DNA of 64,000 bases from Takakia lepidozioides (Eukaryota; Plantae; Bryophyta). The position numbers and the translations under genes were made by a program. The DNA lies in NCBI GenBank assembly GCA_030704615.1, contig CM060734.1, positions 16,368,001 to 16,432,000 of the forward strand, read 5' to 3'. The notes under the pieces were generated by a model. It saw nothing but the letters and a program-made list of their open reading frames with translations, was not told the DNA's origin and searched no databases. Positions 61,408-64,000 of this stretch are shown piece after piece; within the stretch, counting starts at the first letter, position 1; each line of letters starts with the position of its first letter.

Positions 61408-63567
61408 TGTTGGAAGAACGCGAGCATTTGTTGGAGGTCACAAAGTACAACATTGCCAAAGCTAGGAAACGGTATGAGCGGCAGGCAAATCGGAAGCGGA
61501 GGGAAGTTAAGTTTGAGGCAGGCACGGAGGTCTGGTTGAACATCAAGAATTTTTGACTACCTCCGAAAGTGAGTCCGAAGTTCGTACTCCCATATGCGGG
61601 GCCTTTTCGCATCCGGAAGGTTATGAATGAGAATGTTTATGAGTTAGAGCTGCCGACAGACAGCAAAGTACATCCAGTATTCCACGTTTCCCTTTTTAAG
61701 CCTTACTTCAAAGATGAGGCGCGTCCGAATCGGCATCAAGTGTTGCGTCCGCCACCTGTGTTGTTGGATCATGAAAATGAACCTGAGTACGAGGTGAAGT
61801 CGAGGAGGTTCAAGAATCGAGAAACGGAGTATCTCGTGAAATAGAAGGGCTATCATCAAGTGGATGCAACTTGGGTGCGTGCCTCAGAAATGGGAAACGC
61901 ATCCGATGCGGTTGCAGCTTTTGAAGGGCGACCTCAAAAGTGGAAGAAACGTTGATGGGGACATTAACCTTGGATCGTGGGGGAGGAAATGCATGCTTAG
62001 TCCGGCTTAGCTAGCTCAGGAATCCGATTGCAAAAACTTGTGTTGTACAAATTTTGTTTATAAATGAAATGGGTTCCAAATATTGTGCTTCCTATTTTGT
62101 TTGGAATGGTGATGCATGGTATGGTTGGCTAGTGTGTAGAATGCATGCTAGCTTACAAGAGTGGGAGAGGTAAATTGGATTAATCGTGTGTTTGCGCAGC
62201 GCCGAAATCGGGTGACTCCCATCCAAGGGGCAAGGAAACTTGCGTCTTCTTTGGGAGTTCACGTGCTAGTGCGCACATGGCGCGTGCGCGTACTATAACT
62301 GCGCTACCGAAGGGGTTGCCTTGTAGTGCGGGCTAATGTGGAAGCTACATGCTTCCGTTCACGTACTATAATCGTGTAGCCTCGGGACGAAGTCGTAGTG
62401 CGGCTTCGGCGTGTTCCCATACCTCAGCCAGCATTCCAAGGCGGACCCAATTGTAGTGATTGGGGCACACGGTTGGTTCAAGGTTATCTTCATAGTCAAA
62501 AAAGAATTCAAGGTGAACCCTTGCTCAAGGTGATGCCAAAAACCGGCATCATGAGCGGTCACAAGCAATGTTGTTGCAGTAAGGCGATTCGATCCTCTGG
62601 GAGGATCGTTCCTTGGCCTTGAAGTGGGCCAAGAAGAGTACACTGGGTGGAGCTTGACAGGCTCCACCCTTGGCCGGGACTGGGAGGAAGTCGGCCGAAC
62701 TAGCTAGTGGAGAGTAGAGTCAAGTGGGGGTTTGGTTCTTTGCCATGGGACGCCATGGTACGGAAACAAACTCCTTGATGTGGGACGCCACAACTTGGAT
62801 GTTAGTTTCCACAAAAAAAGACAAGTCGATGAGGACATCGACTCCTCGTTGGTAGGGGTGTGTGTCGCGGCCCTTTACCTTGAGGGCGGGGGGTCAGGAC
62901 ACAAAAGGGGCTGCCCTTGTGGTGGGGGCAGTGGCAGCGAATAGGAAAGGGGGCTGCAGCACCCTTGAGTGCCGAAGGCACTCAAGGAGGCGGAGGCGCT
63001 CACTAGGTGAAGCCCCGAGTTGCGGTGGTGAGGGCTCCACGAGGGGTGGTGATAGCGTAGGGAGTCGTAGTGGGGGTCGCATAGGACTCACCATGAGGCT
63101 GATGCCTTGTGGTGGGAGTCGTGGGGAGTCTTGGGACTCGCCGCGGTCCATTGGGGCCGTGGTGGGTGGGCCAAGACTCACCGCGACTTACCACGGAAGG
63201 TTGAGGGTCTAGGTGGTGGTGCACCAGATTTGGACTTGGCTAGTTGTGAAACCCTCATGGACACCTACAGAAGTATATATAGGGAGAACGGTGCAAGCCC
63301 GTTGGTGACCAAAAACTAGTGAGTAAGTGTGCGAGCCGGAAAGCGACCAAGGTGTGGGGAGCTATTCCGGACTGCCATCTACCAAAGGGAATTTCCACTA
63401 GGCCCAAAGTGGTGGAGGGTCTTTTGGAGGCGCAAGGGGGACCGTTATGCCCCGCTGAGCAGCCGAAGCTCCGAGTTGGCCCGGCGGCCAGTTTGAGAGT
63501 TAGGCGCGCGCATCAAAGCGAGTAACTATGACTTGAAGGGGAGTTTACCGAAATGAGGTGCACGACA
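61408..63567 (+). mobile_element. Chromovirus copy A 3' end: integrase C-terminus, chromodomain, 3' UTR, PPT and 3' LTR (62863-63567)
   Basis: It resumes the integrase interrupted at 54967. The LTR ends GCACGACA, followed by the TSD TTGAG. Confidence 0.94.
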
Positions 63568-64000
63568 TTGAGTACCTAGCTTCTAGGCGCAGCACCCAGG
63601 CTCCTCCCGGGCTACTCACGGCTATGGGGCAGCTGCTATCAAGCAAATTTAGCCCGCCCAAACCCCAAAACAAAAAAAATAACAACTCCCCCCTCCCCTA
63701 GGCCTCCACGGCTTGCTTGGGGGGGACAAATTAGTATATAACGGGCGTGATGGTGGCCTAAAATCCCAGATCCAGCCTGTTGTCATCTTTTCTAGAGTAG
63801 ACTATATTCCAAATTAGTAACAAATCACCAGACTATTTCTTCAATGACTTCAAATATAAGCTTCAAAAGCTCTCAATTCAAATGGACTTATGGGACCAAC
63901 CCCTTGTAAATCATATATTTGAAATAGTGGAACTCCACAATGCATGCTCCTCCTTTAGAGGGCTTAAATCAGATTTTCAACTTCAAGCTTTTGCTTGGAA

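Overview
TE-saturated eukaryotic DNA with no conventional host genes; the element types suggest a non-seed land plant, which is an inference. The window resolves into a nested history supported by three target-site duplications (TSDs). (1) An old non-chromovirus Ty3/Gypsy element with a tRNA-Gly PBS received chromovirus copy A (TSD TTGAG). (2) Copy A's pol received a ~12-kb CACTA transposon (TSD ATG) and a second copy of the same chromovirus family (copy B, TSD AGCGG). (3) An 11.1-kb inversion (2651-13783, 7-bp microhomology) then scrambled all three elements. The CACTA carries TnpD, a divergent TnpA-like ORF2 and a SET-domain gene. One ORF2 intron is inflated to ~29.6 kb by a composite insertion, the most novel part of the window. 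It holds a two-ORF Penelope-like retroelement with no visible endonuclease, hidden by an internal 1.6-kb inversion. It also holds a family of 1.5-1.8-kb non-coding modules (A/A') with covarying RNA-like stems, long GA/CT hairpins, three RTE-type LINE 3' fragments and an 8 x 2178-bp tandem array. All alignments and folds were done by eye.
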